Positions 1 through 13,120 of a stretch of DNA of 62,000 bases are shown one piece after another. The position numbers were made by a program, and so were the translations under genes. The stretch is from contig NC_057718.1 in NCBI RefSeq assembly GCF_004010195.1, positions 98,304,518 to 98,366,517 of the forward strand. Reading direction: 5' to 3'. The number at the start of each line of letters is the position of its first letter. Positions within the stretch are counted from its first letter, which is position 1. The notes below the pieces were generated by a model. It worked only from the letters and a program-made list of their open reading frames with translations, searched no databases and had not been told where the DNA came from. This DNA comes from Chiloscyllium plagiosum (lineage: Eukaryota).

Positions 1-223
1 ATAGGGGCGATGTCAGGGGTGGGTTCTTTACCCAGAGAGTGGTGGGGGCATGGAATGCGCTGCCCGTGGGAGTGGTAGAGTCGGAATCATTGGCGACCTT
101 TAAGCGGCATTTGGATAGGTACATGGATGGGTACTTGATCTAGGTTAGAAGTTCGGCACAACATCGTGGGCCGAAGGGCCTGTTCTGTGCTGTATTGTTC
201 TATGTTCTATGTTCTATGTTCTA
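1..223 (+). mobile_element. CR1 LINE 3' end
   Basis: CR1 ORF2 terminal motif (FTQRVVGAWNALP), gggccgaagggcctgtt 3' UTR and (ttctatg)n tail. Confidence 0.85.
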
Positions 224-1272
224 GAAAAGCCACACGTTCTGGTTCAAAGACTGTGTTTTATTACCAGAGCTGTCCATGAGACTGCACATAACTACGAGAA
301 AACACAAGTGAGAAATCAGTCCGAGCTCCTCAGCCACCTCTGAACTCGTGACCCCAAAATATCTCCTGACCCCATGGAGGTTGTGGGAGGGGCAGGGTGC
401 ATTTCATGACCCCCAGTTCAGGAAGTACCGCTCCAGGCAGAAATCTTATACCCTGAAAAGAACAAGGAAAGGGAAGAAACAGCACACTGAGCTTTTGAGG
501 TTTCAGAGTCAGAGGGTCTGCTGTACAAAGATCTTAACTTAAACCTAACAGTGATTTTCCACATGCTTGATGTAACCACTGATAAAACTGGATGTGTGTT
601 CAATGCCTAGATGGAGATGACAGAGGACCACTTTTGGAGGGTGCATAGGTTAAGCCCATGTCAACAGCTTTCTAGCCATTGCTTTTAGATTTGAAGGTAC
701 AAACTTCACCACCACTATCCCTAACATTCAACATCTGAAGCCTTCACCTCCCAGGCATTAACTTAAGTATTTCGCCTCTACAGTGCATCTAGCAACCTCA
801 CCCTCCCCTGAGGTTTCACTCTGGGGCCACGTGAAATTTGAATTATTAAAATAGGTCACATTTGTCTGATGCAAACAACTCTCTAACCACTCTCACCACT
901 CTCAGTGCACTTAGCTGTGATCTGAGTAGCTTGAATCATAATAATATTCAAATGTACTGTCAGTGTGTGACTAACATGCCATAATGTCACAAGTGCATGG
1001 TCCTAGTACCATACTTACAAGTACAGAGTCAGCTCCGGAACCCGGATTATTTTTGTCCTTGGTGACAGGAGCTAGGATTTGATCCTGTGATTCCCAATGC
1101 AGAATTGTTAAGGTTAACAATCTCCCTTATCTGGACAAAGTAACTGTTTAGGAACAAGTGCATACTTTTGCTGTCTGCTCACCTGAGACAAACCAGTAAA
1201 TTGGTGACCAGCAACTGGGAGAAAGTGGACAGACAAGTTATTCTTGTTCATTTGATTTTCCTTATTTTCCAG

Positions 1273-1348
1273 AGAAAATAATTGTATTGACTTGAAGAAA
1301 GAAACAGAGGTCAAAATAGAAGCATTATCTTCAGACCACAAGCTAAAG
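1273..1348 (+). CDS. PLCB4: PLCB4 internal coding exon (xENNCIDLKKETEVKIEALSSDHKLK)
   Basis: Pyrimidine tract and acceptor ttattttccag|A; donor AAG|gtattg; 76 nt. Translation resembles recalled human PLCB4 [25 protein letters not shown] and ends in phase 0, joining the next exon (VKEIV). Too short for the ORF track. Confidence 0.93.
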
Positions 1349-1435
1349 GTATTGGAATGTTGAGTTTTAACCTTTCTGTGCAATCAAATTCTGTTCTACA
1401 TGATATGGTAGAATGGCCAGCAATGTGGCTTACAA

Positions 1436-1505
1436 AGGGCAAGAATACAATGGTGAACTTACATAGGGCAAGAATACAATGGTGAACTTACATAGGGCAA
1501 GAATA
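1436..1505 (+). repeat. 29-bp perfect tandem duplication (about 2.4 copies)
   Basis: Unit agggcaagaatacaatggtgaacttacat starts at 1436, 1465 and 1494 (last one partial). Confidence 0.92.
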
Positions 1506-3114
1506 GATACATCAGCAGTAACTCAGAAACAAATTTGTGCTCACTATGGAGTTCTGAAGAAAAGTCATATCAAACTCAAGGTGTTAATTCTTTTTCTGTC
1601 TCCACAGATGCTACCTGACCTGTTGAGTTTCTCCAGCACTATTTATATATCAGATATTTTGTTTTAATAAATGTGTTTGGTAAATGTTTATATCTAGAAC
1701 CTAATCTGCATATTAAAAGTATCCACCTGTTATTTTCACTAGTATTCAAAATGGAAAAGCTAATATTTTCCAAACATAGCAACCACAAGGGATTTCTCCC
1801 CAAGTAGATTTGTGTGCTAAGACTTGGTACAGTATTAAAATGAACAAAATCTCTTGGAAAGAAAATTACTGGCAGTCTAAGGTGCAATTCAATCAAACAT
1901 TAGTTAAAATAGTCTCACAATAGTTTACTAATAAGTGCTAGTTTTGCTATGTACAGAAAACACCCACCAAATGAAACTGAGTTCTTGACACTAGCACAAA
2001 CCCATTTATTGGCAAGTTGGATGAGATGCAATCATAATTTCCTTCAAATTCATTGAACATTACTTATTACGAACTAGGGACATTTTTCTCCTTTTGCCAT
2101 TTGTTTCTTCCCTGAAGGCAAAACTTATCATTTTTGAAGGACTTACAAGCTTAATGTGCTTGGCAAAGGAACTTCATACCAAGATGTTAATACCACAAAA
2201 CAGCAGCTTGCAAACTCCAATTAAAGCAAAATGCTGGAAATCTGAAATAAAATCAGATATTCCAGGAGAAATTCAGCAGGTCTGACAGTGTTTGTGGAGA
2301 GCGAAACAGAGTTAACATTTCAATTCTGCCAAGACACCCCACCCCACCAGTTTTGGCAAGCACTTTATCAAGCATTAGGAGGGAGAGCAGAAAGCAATGA
2401 AGGTGAAGAAGCTAAAAGATTAAAAACGGAAATCCTGTCAGAGAGAGGAGCAAAACTTGTTCAAGGTGGAAGGAAAGTGGCAGTGAATTAAACACTCAAC
2501 TAAAAGCGAAATACTGGAAATTTGCAAACACGAGATTGCACTTGACATCTTTCCAGGGAGAAATTGAGATTGGTAATCCACCACATAGTGTGTCCGATAG
2601 AGATCAGAATGCTACTGTTCAGATCTGTTGTGAGAAATGAGAGGGAGTGCATGAAATGTTTCGACTGATCCAAGATGTTTCAATATTTGGAGCCATCACA
2701 TTTGATGCTACTGTTGATATTTATCTGGAATAATTGTAAGCAGAAACTTCCAGAGGCTTGAATGAGTTTTAGCGATTCACATCACTCAGAAGAGGATTGG
2801 GAAATCACAAAAGTGAAGCGTCAGTTTCCATCACAGTGAGAAGCATTTTCATTTTGTCAATGGGTAGGACTGCTGGTAAAGGGAGATATGGAATCAAATC
2901 ACAGAGATGTAGTATTGCTATTGTACCTTGCTTGTTGTACAATGCAAATCTAAAACGTCCGCTTGCTGTTTATCAGCAAAACATTAAGTGCAAAATGTAA
3001 TTCATTCAACACAAGTGCTGCAGGAAGTTCCCATGAACCATTATAAGGCATTATGTTAGTGCAAGTTCATTTACTTTGTCTTTATGTTCTGAAAGAGGGT
3101 AATTAGAACCAAAG

Positions 3115-3940
3115 TGCTAACAGGAAAGGCCGTTCGGTCCGTCAGTCCTGCTCCACCATTCAATAGGATCATGGCAGATCTGACATTCCTTAAGGCCATT
3201 TTCCTGTATTTTCTCCATAACCCTTTGTTCCCCGACTGATCGAGAATCTATTTATCTCAGCCTTTAGTATACACAAGGACTCTGGTCCCCACAGCTGTCT
3301 GTGGCAAGGGGTTCCACGCACTATAAGACATCAGAGAAGAAATTCCTCCTCATTTCAGACTTAAATTGATGCCCCTTAATTCTGAGTTGAAAAGTGTGGG
3401 GCTGGAAAAGCACAGCAGGTCAGGCTGCATCCGAAGAGCAGGAGAGTCGTTGTTTTGGGCATAAGACCTTCATCAGAAATATGGAGGGGGGAGGGGCGGA
3501 GAGATAAATGTGGGGGGTGGGGCTGGAAAGAAGGTAGCAAACTCAGGTACCTGGATAGGGTGCTCTGATCTGGCAGTGGAGGAGGGTCAGGATTTGCATG
3601 TCATTGGGGAAGTGGGAGGGGGAGTTGAAGTGGTCAGCCACAGGGCAGTGGGGTTGTTGGGTGTGTACTGACCAGAGATGTTCTCGGAAGTGTTCCGCGA
3701 ATTGGCATCCTGTAGAGGAGACCACATTGAGAGCAACGGATGCAGTAAATGAGGTGGGAGGATGTGCAGGAAAATCTCTGCCAGATTTGAAATGATCCTT
3801 TGGGCCATGGATGGAGGTGGGGTAGGGGAGAGGTGTTGCCCCTTTATTCTGAGACCCCTTTATTCTGGTCCCAAGAGCGGAAACATCCTCTCAGCATTGA
3901 CCCTGTCAAGCCCCTTAAGAAGAGATATGTTTCAATCAAG
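3115..3940 (-). mobile_element. CR1 LINE 3' fragment interrupted by a Penelope-like fragment (about 3390-3830)
   Basis: Reverse CR1 3' UTR/ORF2 breaks at cccccttaattctgag (about 3385) and resumes at ccctttattctgagac (about 3840). The insert encodes a PLE GIY-YIG C-terminal peptide (FREHLWSV..PVADHFNSPSH) and has a degenerate hammerhead at 3447-3476. Confidence 0.75.
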
Positions 3941-4289
3941 TTTTGCTATGACACTGTTCAGCACCATTCTGTCCATCCAGTAATCTTCACTATATGTCTA
4001 GATCGATGCACAAAACATTCTGTAAAAAAGGTGAATGAAACAGGCAGCACCATATTCTTCTGCTGAAGAGTTCACTGGGTCTAAATTTGGTACATACGGT
4101 TGTATTATGAAATGTCTGATCTTAGTAGTTAGCAACAACTTTTGTACAGTCCCTTTAATGTAATAAGTCATCGTAAAAATGCTTCCCGAGAGCATTAGCA
4201 AACACAAACTGACACCAAGTTAAATAAGGAGAATTTGGACAGTTGACCTAGTGGTCAGTCAACGAAGAAGGTTTTAAGGGATGTCCATA

Positions 4290-5285
4290 AGACCACAGGA
4301 GCAGAAATTAGGCCATTCGACCATTGAGTCTGCTGCACCACTTGATCGTGGCTGATAGGATTCTCAACCCCATTCTCCCCGTAACCTTTAATCCCCCTGG
4401 CAATCAAGAACCTATCTATCTCTGTTCTAAATATACTCAATGACCTGGCCTCCACAGCATTCTGTGGCAATGAATTCCACAGACATACCACACTCTGGCT
4501 AAAGAAGTTTCTCCTTATCTCCATTCTAAGGGTCTTCCCTTTACTCTAAGGCTGTGCTCTCAGGTCTTCTTCTCTCCTGCCAATGGAAAGATCTTCCCAA
4601 CGTCCACTCTGTCCAGACGTCCAGTTTTTTGTAAGTTTCAATCAGATTCCCCCCTCATTCTTCTGAACTGCATCAAGTATAGTCCCAGAGTCCTCAAACG
4701 TTCCTCATATGTTCAGCTTGGGATCATATTCATGAACCTCCTCTGGACTCACTCTAGGGCCAGTTCATCCTTCCTGAGGCACAGGGCCCAAAATTGCTCA
4801 GAAAACTCTAAAAGTGGTCTGACCAGAGCCTGATAAAGCCTGAGAAATATATCCCTGCTTTTAAATTCTAGTCTTTTTGAGATGAATTACAACATTGAAT
4901 TTGCCTTCCAACTACCAAATCAACCTGCAAGTTTACCTTAAGAGAATCCTGGACTAGGACTCCGAAGTTCCTTTGCACTTCAGATTTCTGAATTTGCTCC
5001 CCATTTCGAAAATAGTCCATGTCTCTATCGTAAATGAGGAAAGAGAAGTGGAGGCAGGTTTTTCACACATACGGTTGTGAGTGCGTAGAAGGTGCTGCCA
5101 GAGGAGGTGGTGGAAGCAGATGCAATAGCAGCACTCAGGAAGCACCTGGATGAATACATGAATAGGAAAGGGAATAGAGGGATTTGGATCCTGTAACTGA
5201 AGACAATTTTAGTATGGACACACGAAATGCATCAGCGCGGGCTTGGAGGGCCGAAGGGCCTGTTACTGTGCTTATTGTTCTTTGC
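4290..5285. mobile_element. CR1 LINE fragments (minus 4290-5030; plus 3' end 5030-5285)
   Basis: Minus ORF RRNFFSQSVVCLWNSLPQNAVEARSLSIFRTEIDRFL is CR1 ORF2 C-terminus; the following plus segment has a CR1 3' UTR. Confidence 0.8.
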
Positions 5286-5577
5286 GATACCATGAGCTTT
5301 CAGGAGGAAATTTCAGAGCTTGGAAGCTAGATGGCACATGGCCACTAATTGCGAGATGTGGAATACAGACTGGGCTCGTATCAGAACAATTCCAAGTTCT
5401 CACATGGAGGAGCAACATATCAAAAATTGGAAATTTTCAAAGTGTGCATCCATTTTATCACCGTTTGAAATTATAGTGATTAAATATTGAAGCTTGAAGG
5501 TCTGATTTATTCGGAGACACGTAGCACTCCAACAAACACTGTAAATGGCTTTTCAAAGATTTTCGGAAACTTTATTT

Positions 5578-6202
5578 TATGATAATATGATGTACAAGCC
5601 CACTTCTGATGTATCAAGGAGATAGCATAGACCCTAACTTTTTCTTATTTAAAGGAAAGTGTAATTCAATTGGTTACACTATTCAGCTTTAAGCAAAATA
5701 CACTTTATTTCTATTCCACAGTTAAAACACAAAGAAAGAAGAATTGATCTAACTATTGGAAAACTCAACAGAATAATAAGATTATTTAACTGGTAAACAG
5801 CAATTGTTCCAATACAGTAACATCCCATAACCAACCCTTGGCAAAGGCAAATTCAGTAAAATAGATTGTCTCACATGCAATGTGTCTCCAGTCCAGGAGA
5901 AAAGTACATCAAGGAAAATTCTGGCGCAGAGAGAGTGAGAGAATTCATGTGTTTTGCTGTACCAGGGAGAGATCCATGGCAACTTCAAAACCCCAACAAC
6001 TACTGATAGCTATAGTAAAACCCTAGTTCTGTGGGAGCCTGACCCCACCCATTCAGGCTGCTTCTGTTGTTCTAACTTCCAAAAAAAAGACGTCACAAGC
6101 TGTTTACTTTATTGGTTTGGAACAGATCGCTGCATCTCTGTCTCAACCTCTCTTCATTAAAAAAAGACAAAATACACCTCCTAAAGCCATAGTATCATCA
6201 CA
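5578..6202 (-). mobile_element. Probable solo LTR
   Basis: About 625 bp with imperfect inverted termini (tatgataatatgatg ... catagtatcatcaca) and a minus-strand AATAAA near 5704; no TSD recognised. Confidence 0.4.
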
Positions 6203-6516
6203 ACAGTTTAGTCCATTCCAATAATTTCTGCCCTTGCACCATTTTTCACTCCCATTAATTGTGTGCAACCACAATGATGCCAATTCGCACCAGAAACTTT
6301 GTTTATTGAAATCTTCATATGAAACAACAAATTATAAACAAATTTCAGTTCATTTATAACCCTGCTAATATTCTTTAATTCTCGAACACATATCTCCAAC
6401 ATCCAGTTAAAACGAGGTAATTTGAGTTCAAATATCTATATTAACTGGCATAACCACCACCCAATAAATCTAATTGCAGGTTCTGTGTGATGCGCATTAT
6501 GTTTTTCTTTTGACAG

Positions 6517-6692
6517 GTGAAGGAGATTGTTACTCAGCAAACTAAGGAATGGTCAGAAATGATAAACATACATTGTGCAGAAGAGCAGGAACTGAAGGAT
6601 CTTCATTTAAGCCAGCAGTGCGATTTGTTGAAGAAACTGCTCATCAGTATGCATGAGCAACAAAGCCAGCACCTGAAACTTATTCATGATAG
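6517..6692 (+). CDS. PLCB4: PLCB4 internal coding exon ([59 protein letters not shown])
   Basis: Acceptor tttttcttttgacag|GTG; donor AG|gtgtgt; 176 nt, ends phase 2. Strong similarity to recalled human [42 protein letters not shown]. Confidence 0.96.
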
Positions 6693-7183
6693 GTGTGTAA
6701 AACAATTGTTTGATATTAAGAAAACTTATTTTTTCTTTAGGTCAAAGTTCCTGACTTCCCCTCTTTTCAGCTATGTTTGCACGTGGGTATCCTTGGAGAG
6801 GGAGCATCCGGTATCCACCAATACCTTTCGAGAGGGATGTGCACCACAAGAGGTGGAGAACCTTATCTCCCCTTCCAATTCCCTTTTGATTCAGCTCCCT
6901 GCCTCTCTCCCTACCTTTGGTGGTCTGCACTGCTCTTAACAGACTTTGCGCGGAAACTAATCAATAGAATACCATGGGTGATTTAATGGTGGTGATTTAC
7001 ATGTGACAAATAACACAGGTGGTTTGGTGTTGGAGAAAAAAGCCATTCCGTTTTGTGTGATAACACTTTCGAATATGAAATTAGAAAGGCTAACTTTTCC
7101 TGGCCCTCTTCCACAGCTATGTCTGACCCCAGATGTCAATAGCAAGGGAGCACACTGTATGCACTAACACCCTTGAGTTATTT

Positions 7184-7385
7184 AGATTTGATTTGATTTG
7201 ATTTATCGTAGTCATGTGTACATAAGTACAGTGAAAGGCTTTGTGTGTAAACAGTACAGGCAGATCATAGTAAGCAAGGACACATAGATCATAGATTGCT
7301 GAGATGGAGTGAGGCATATAGGTTACACTGCACAGGGGATGTGTGAAGCAAAATCAACATTAACAAGATCAACATTATTTGAAAG
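7184..7385 (-). mobile_element. Rex1/Babar LINE 3' UTR fragment
   Basis: (gattt)n tail and UTR similar to those attached to the Rex1-type ORF fragments at 29784-30545 and 42966-44673. Confidence 0.6.
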
Positions 7386-7819
7386 GAACATTATTAGTAA
7401 TTTTTACAAACTTAGAATTTAGGTTTAAAAGTGTGCATCGGTTAAAAGAAATGTTAGAATAAAATCTGCTATAGGGGGATGGCAAGGAGTCGCCCAGTGT
7501 CAGTGCCATCTTGAACAAGAGGGGCGCACCTTGGCTGTTGGAATGCATTATTTCCACCTCCAACTCCGTTTTAGTTTAGTCCTCTCCCTTCTTCCTTTAC
7601 TTGCTTCACTGTTGCACTGCCCTCGCTAGCTGTTTGCTTTAATTTGTTAGTGGGGTGATTTGGTGGTGGGTTATTTGACACAAGATGGGTTTTCCTCTGT
7701 TGTAATCAATTTGTTGACAATTCTGGGTGATTTGGTGGGGGCTTTCCCCCACTAAGTAGATTTAATCAAGAAGGGGAGAGGGCAGACTGGAATTTATACT
7801 GAACTATGAAATGCAAACA

Positions 7820-8577
7820 GGAAAGCAAATCTTAGCAGGACTTATACACTTAATGGTAAGGTCCTAGGGAGTGTTGCTGAACAAAGAGACCTTGGAGTGC
7901 AGGTTCATAGCTCCTTGAAAGTGGAGTCGCAGGTAGTTGGATAGTGAACAAGGTGTTTGGTATGTTTTCCTTTATTGGTCAGAGTATTGAATTGGGAGGT
8001 CATGTTGCAGCTGTACAGGACATTGGTTAAGCCACTATTGGAATATTGTGTGCAATTCTGGTCTCCTTCCCATCGGAAAGATGTTGTGAAACTGGAAAGG
8101 GTTCAGAAAAGATTTACAAGGATGTTGCCAGAGTTGGAGGATTTGAGCTATAGGGAGAGGATGAACAGGCTAGGGATGTTTTCCCTTGAGCTTCGGAGGC
8201 TGAGGGGTGACCTTATAGAGGTTTACAAAATTATGAGGGGCATGGATAGGGTAAATAGGCAAAGCCTTTTCCCTGGGGTCGGGGAGTCCAGAACTAGAGG
8301 GCATAGGTTTAGGGTGAGAGGAGAAAGATATAAAAGCGACCTACAGGGCAACTTTTTCAAGGGTGGTACGTGTATGGAATGAGCTGCCAGAGGAAGTGGT
8401 GGAGGCTGGTGCAATTGCAACATTTAAAGGGCATTTGGATTGGTATATGAATAAGAAGGGTTTGGAGGGATATGGGCTGGGTGCTGTCAGGTGGGACTAG
8501 ATTGGGTTGGGATATCTGGTCAGTATAGACGGGTTGGACCGAAGGGTCTGTTTCCATGCTGTACACCTCTATGACTG
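7820..8577 (+). mobile_element. CR1 LINE, 5'-truncated
   Basis: ORF LYRTLVKPLLEYCVQFWSP...LERVQKRFTRMLP...RLRGDLIEVYKIM; CR1 3' UTR ending ctctatgact. Confidence 0.92.
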
Positions 8578-9394
8578 ACTCCTTCTTCCTACTTTGGTAA
8601 ACGGATGATTAGTGATGTAACAAGTCTCAATTGAAATCCCGTTTATCCACAGAACCTTACTCATTGCTCCTTTTTCGTAATATGTGAATTTTGTTTGTCC
8701 ATCTCATATTTCGAGATTATTTTCCTTGACTGTGAACTTTAGGAATTTCTATATTGCCCATAATATAAACCATAAGATTTACATTTTTCAGAAATTGTTA
8801 AATCAAGCAGGATAAATTAAATATATTTCTCTGATTCTGTGAGGGAGTTAAGAAGAAATATTGATATCTGGAGTGTGTTGGGGATCTGGACCTCACTGAA
8901 TGGTTAGTAGAGGCAGAAATCCACAACGTGTTTAAGAAACACTTGGATATGCACTGTTTCTCATTCTACTTCATATACCCTCTTCCAGCCACTCAGCGTC
9001 CTAAGTTGGAAGTATGTTGTTGTGCTTTCAGTGTCACTGGATAAAACTTCATTCTGGAACTCACTCTCCAAGGCTCACGCCATCCTGACTATATCACCAT
9101 TCCTTCATTGTCACTGAGTCAAAATCCTGGAACTTATCTCCTGAAAAACACTGCGGGTGACCTTCATCCCAAGGACTGCAGTGGTTCAAGAAGGCCACTC
9201 AGCACCTCTTTCAGGACAATTAGGGATGAGCAACCAACACCAGTTCAGCCAGTAATGTCCACATTCCAAGAATGGATAAAATAAAAAATCAGCTTACAGT
9301 CACCGAGTTATTATAGTTGCCCTTGAAAGCAGTAGTCACTTAGCAACTAGGGATGTTCCAAAGTTCTGATAAGAGGAACAGCATGGTAATCCTG

Positions 9395-9907
9395 GCCAAC
9401 ATCTCTGTCTCAGGCTTGCTGCAGTGCTCCAGTGCAGCTTAGCACAAGATGGAAGAACAGCGCCTCATTTTCCACTTGGCGATTCTACAGCTTTCTGAAC
9501 TCAATATCGAGTTCAACAGTTTTAGAGCTTGAGGCACTTTTTCCTGACATCCCTCTAACACATTGTTATCACATGGCCTACTATTACATATAACACATTA
9601 TTAGCCACTAATAATCCCCACTAGTAGCTATTCACTTTCCCAGGCTGATCATTATCCCCTCCTTTGTCTGTCCAACTGCTCTTTCCTGACTTTGGTCTCT
9701 ATCTCCACCTATCGCACTCTCCTTACCCTCTACCCTGGTCCTACCTTCTGCATAAAACCCAATCTTTTCCTAGCTACCATCAGTTCTGAGGAAGAGACAC
9801 TGGAGCTGAAACTTTAACTCTGATTTCTCTTCACAGAAGCTGCCAGACCTGCTGAGCATTTCCAGCAACTTCTGTTTTTGTTTCTGATTTCCAGCATCCA
9901 CAGATCT
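9395..9907 (+). mobile_element. Penelope-like element 3' fragment
   Basis: Decayed GLLQCSS..KMEEQRLIFHL peptide, followed by a terminal region with a degenerate hammerhead core (ctgagga...gaaac, 9786-9815) and ccagacctgctgagcatttccagca. Confidence 0.7.
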
Positions 9908-10755
9908 TTCAGTTTGTAACAAGGTAATCCCATCGTGTTGATGAGGTTTAAAAGCACCACCAGACCACCACAACCAGACCAATCTTTTACACCCATTTTA
10001 ACAAACAGAAAACCCTCATTTAATCACACATTCAAAGGCCACCTTACTGAGAAATTGTACTCCCTCTTGAGTTCCCACTGTCTGGAGTTAATCCAATGAC
10101 ACTGGAATTCGTCAGCAAAATTTTGTTTTATTAACATGTGGGATGTGGATGTTGCTGGCTGACCAGCATTGATTGCCCATCCCTAGTTGGCCTTGAAGAG
10201 GCTTTGAAATTGAATAGTTTGCTTGGCCATTTCAGAGGGCAATTGAGAGTCAACCACATTGCTATGGGTCTAGAATCACATGTAGGCCAGACCAGCTGAG
10301 GATTGCAGATTTCCTTCTCTGAAGAACATTAGTGAACCGGATGTTTTTTTTCTGACAACAGCTTCATGGTCATCAGTAGATTCTTAATTCCAGATTTTTT
10401 TTTAAATTGAATTGTCTGCCATGGTGGGATTTGATCCCAGGACTCCAGAACATTAGCTGAGTTTTTTGATTAATAAATCTAGCAATAATACCACTAAACC
10501 ATTGCCTCCTCTATCCACATCCCACATGTTAATAAAACAAAATTTTGCTGACAAATTCCATTGTCATTGGATTAACTCCAGACAGTGGGAACTCAAGAGG
10601 GAGTACAATTTCTCAGTAAGGTGGCCTTTGAATGTGTGATTAAATGAGGGTTTTCTGTTTGTTAAAATGGGTGTAAAAGGTTGGTCTGGTTGTGGTGGTC
10701 TGGTGATGCTTTTAAACCTCATCAACACGATGGGATTACCATGTTACAAACTGAA
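9908..10755. repeat. 243-bp inverted repeat (9908-10150 / 10513-10755) around a 362-bp SINE spacer
   Basis: Arms are reverse complements with about 5 substitutions and no indels by manual comparison. Confidence 0.95.
10131..10512 (-). mobile_element. tRNA-derived SINE (family 2; other copies at about 23220-24290 and 49775-50097)
   Basis: Minus-strand A/B-box-like head (tggtttagtgg ... gatcaaatccc), body shared with the other two copies, and a LINE-like 3' tail (gggcaatcaatgctgg...ccacatccc). Confidence 0.7.
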
Positions 10756-10867
10756 GGGAAATGCTAGCACACATCCACACCAATGATCCAAGGATCAAAT
10801 ATGGGTCCAGATGAAGTTTTGCCAAAAAAACAAAGAGTACAGGAGCTTGAGATCATTCTGCGCTCAG

Positions 10868-11690
10868 TTTTATGATTCCAGTTGTTGTTCCTTCTGGACA
10901 AGTCAGCTGCCAGAATTAAATCTGGCTTGATAGATTCCTTGTTTTGCAATCTAATCTGGTGGTCTTTCTCTGACACGTAAACACTCCAGACTGCAGTTTG
11001 TCTTCAACAATAAAACAGAAGTTTTACTTTAAAAAAAAACAGACAAAGCTATTTAAACCAAAAACTGTTGGAAAGGTTTCAAAACACACGGCAAAACAAA
11101 ATCCTGGCTACTTCCCAACCCTATCGCTTTACAGTTACTCAAAAACCAGAGGAATTTCCCAAATCTATTAAATCTGTAGGCTTGACCGAACTGCATCTTT
11201 TCAGTTTTGCTGGAATATTTACACAACTGAGATCTTAGACTTACTCAGCTTTGAAGAACAAATGCAGGTTTCTAACTGAATATTCCTGGTCTGGAAATTT
11301 CACCAACTAAGCTCCTTCACTGAAATAACTTATTCTTATCTGCTCTGAATAATCCCTTTTTTCCAGGAGAAACTATTGTTGCAGCTGATTGTCATCAGGG
11401 CTTTTTCAAACTTCACCATCTCTAGGTTTTTCTGAGCTGAAATCAATCCTTAAATATGCTAAACCTCAAAGCAAGCTAACATCTCTCAATGTCTTATCTC
11501 TTCTGGGGCAAAATTCCACAATTTACACAAACGTTCACTAACACTCCAGGAGACACAAACTGGCTTGACATGGTTCTCGAAAGACCGACCGATTTAGTTA
11601 TTAAACCACTGCACAATAGAAAATAAGTCAACACACATATGCCACTGTTTTAAATCCAAACTACAAGAAAAGATATTAATTTAGCGTGTA
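10868..11690 (-). mobile_element. Probable solo LTR (same family as 60800-62000)
   Basis: Reverse complement of 10870-10935 (atctatcaagccagatttaattctgg..tgacttgtcca) matches the interrupted sequence atctatcaag/ccagatttcattctgg..tgacatgtcca at the window end. Far boundary is uncertain. Confidence 0.45.
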
Positions 11691-12286
11691 CAGAGCGTTT
11701 AGGTATTGGACAAAGAAAAGAAGAGTTGAGGACGTAGATGCTGTGGTTGAGGAGGCAAGAGACAAAAGGCTAAGCAACTGTTTGTGAATAGTCTTGTTCA
11801 GTTGCAAGGTTATTAAAGTGACAGTGCTTTAGAATTAGTTATCTTGAGTTTCCACAGCTTTGGTACAATCAGAATAATGGATAATAAATATTTGGAAGGC
11901 TGTAATACAATGAAAGCATCAAAACTGCATCTCCAATTAGAGTGCAAAGCTCAAGTGTTTGATGCATGTGCTGCTGGAATATCAATTAGGGTGGAGAACC
12001 TTGAAAACATTTGATTGTAAGTACTTAACATTTATATATGCACTGGTCATTGTGTTTACGTTGCCACATTCTTCAGCCTTACTATTGTTGATCATGGTGC
12101 TACAGTCGATAAAGTGTGGCGCTGCAGAAAACACAACAGGTCAGAGAGCATCCAAGGAGGAGGAAAGTCAATGTTTCGGGCAGGATCATGAATCAAGACA
12201 TCAGATCATTAATCAAGCTATGCCTGGAGATTGATTGACTCCTATGTTCCTCCTTATTATTGAGGTATGGACTGTCATGGGAGAGT

Positions 12287-13120
12287 AGCAATAGACAATA
12301 GGTGCAGGAGTAGGCCATTCTGCCCTTCGAGCCTGCACCACCATTCAATATGATCATGGCTGATCATCCTTAATCAGTACCTGTTCCTGCCTTATCTCCA
12401 TAACTCATGATTCCACTATCCTTGAGAGCTCTATCCAACTCTTTCTTAAATGAATCCAGAGACTGGGCCTCCATTGCGTCTGGGGCAGAGCATTCTACAC
12501 AGCCACCACTCTCTGGGTGAAGAAGATTCTCCTCATCTCTGTCCTAAATGGTCTACCCCGTATTTTTAAGCTGTGTCCTCTGGTTTGGCACTCACCCATC
12601 AGCGGAAACATGTTTCCTGCCTTCAGAGTGTCCAATCCTTTAATAATCTTATATCTCTTTGCTTTTATACTCAATCCCTCTTGTTATGAAGGCCAGCAAT
12701 GTATTAGCCTTCTTCACTACCTGCTGTACCTGCATGCTTACCTTCATTGACTGGTATACAAGAACACTCAGATCTCTTTGTACTGCCCCTTTACCTAAAT
12801 TGATTCCGTTTAGGTAGTAATCTGCCTTCCTGTTCTTGCCTCCAAAGTGGATAACCATACATTTATCCACATTAAACTACATCTGCCATGCATCTGACCA
12901 CTCATCCAACCTGTCCAGGTCACCCTGTAATCTCCTAACATCCTCCTCACATTTCACCCTGCCACCCAGCTTAGTATCATCAGCAAATTTGCTAATGTTA
13001 TTACTAATACCATCTTCTATTTCATTAATATATATTGTAAAAATCTGCGGTCCCAGCACTGATCCCTGCGGTACCCCACTGGTCACTGCCTGCCATTCTG
13101 AAATGGAGCCGTTTATCACT
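12287..13120 (-). mobile_element. CR1 LINE, truncated with internal deletion
   Basis: RT motifs VTSGVPQGSVLGPQIFTIYIN and KFADDTKLGG; CR1 3' UTR. Confidence 0.92.

Noticed and set aside
6693..6939. Extension of the 140-aa ORF beyond HDR
   Set aside because: PLCB4 similarity stops at the GT donor at 6693; the rest is intron read-through.
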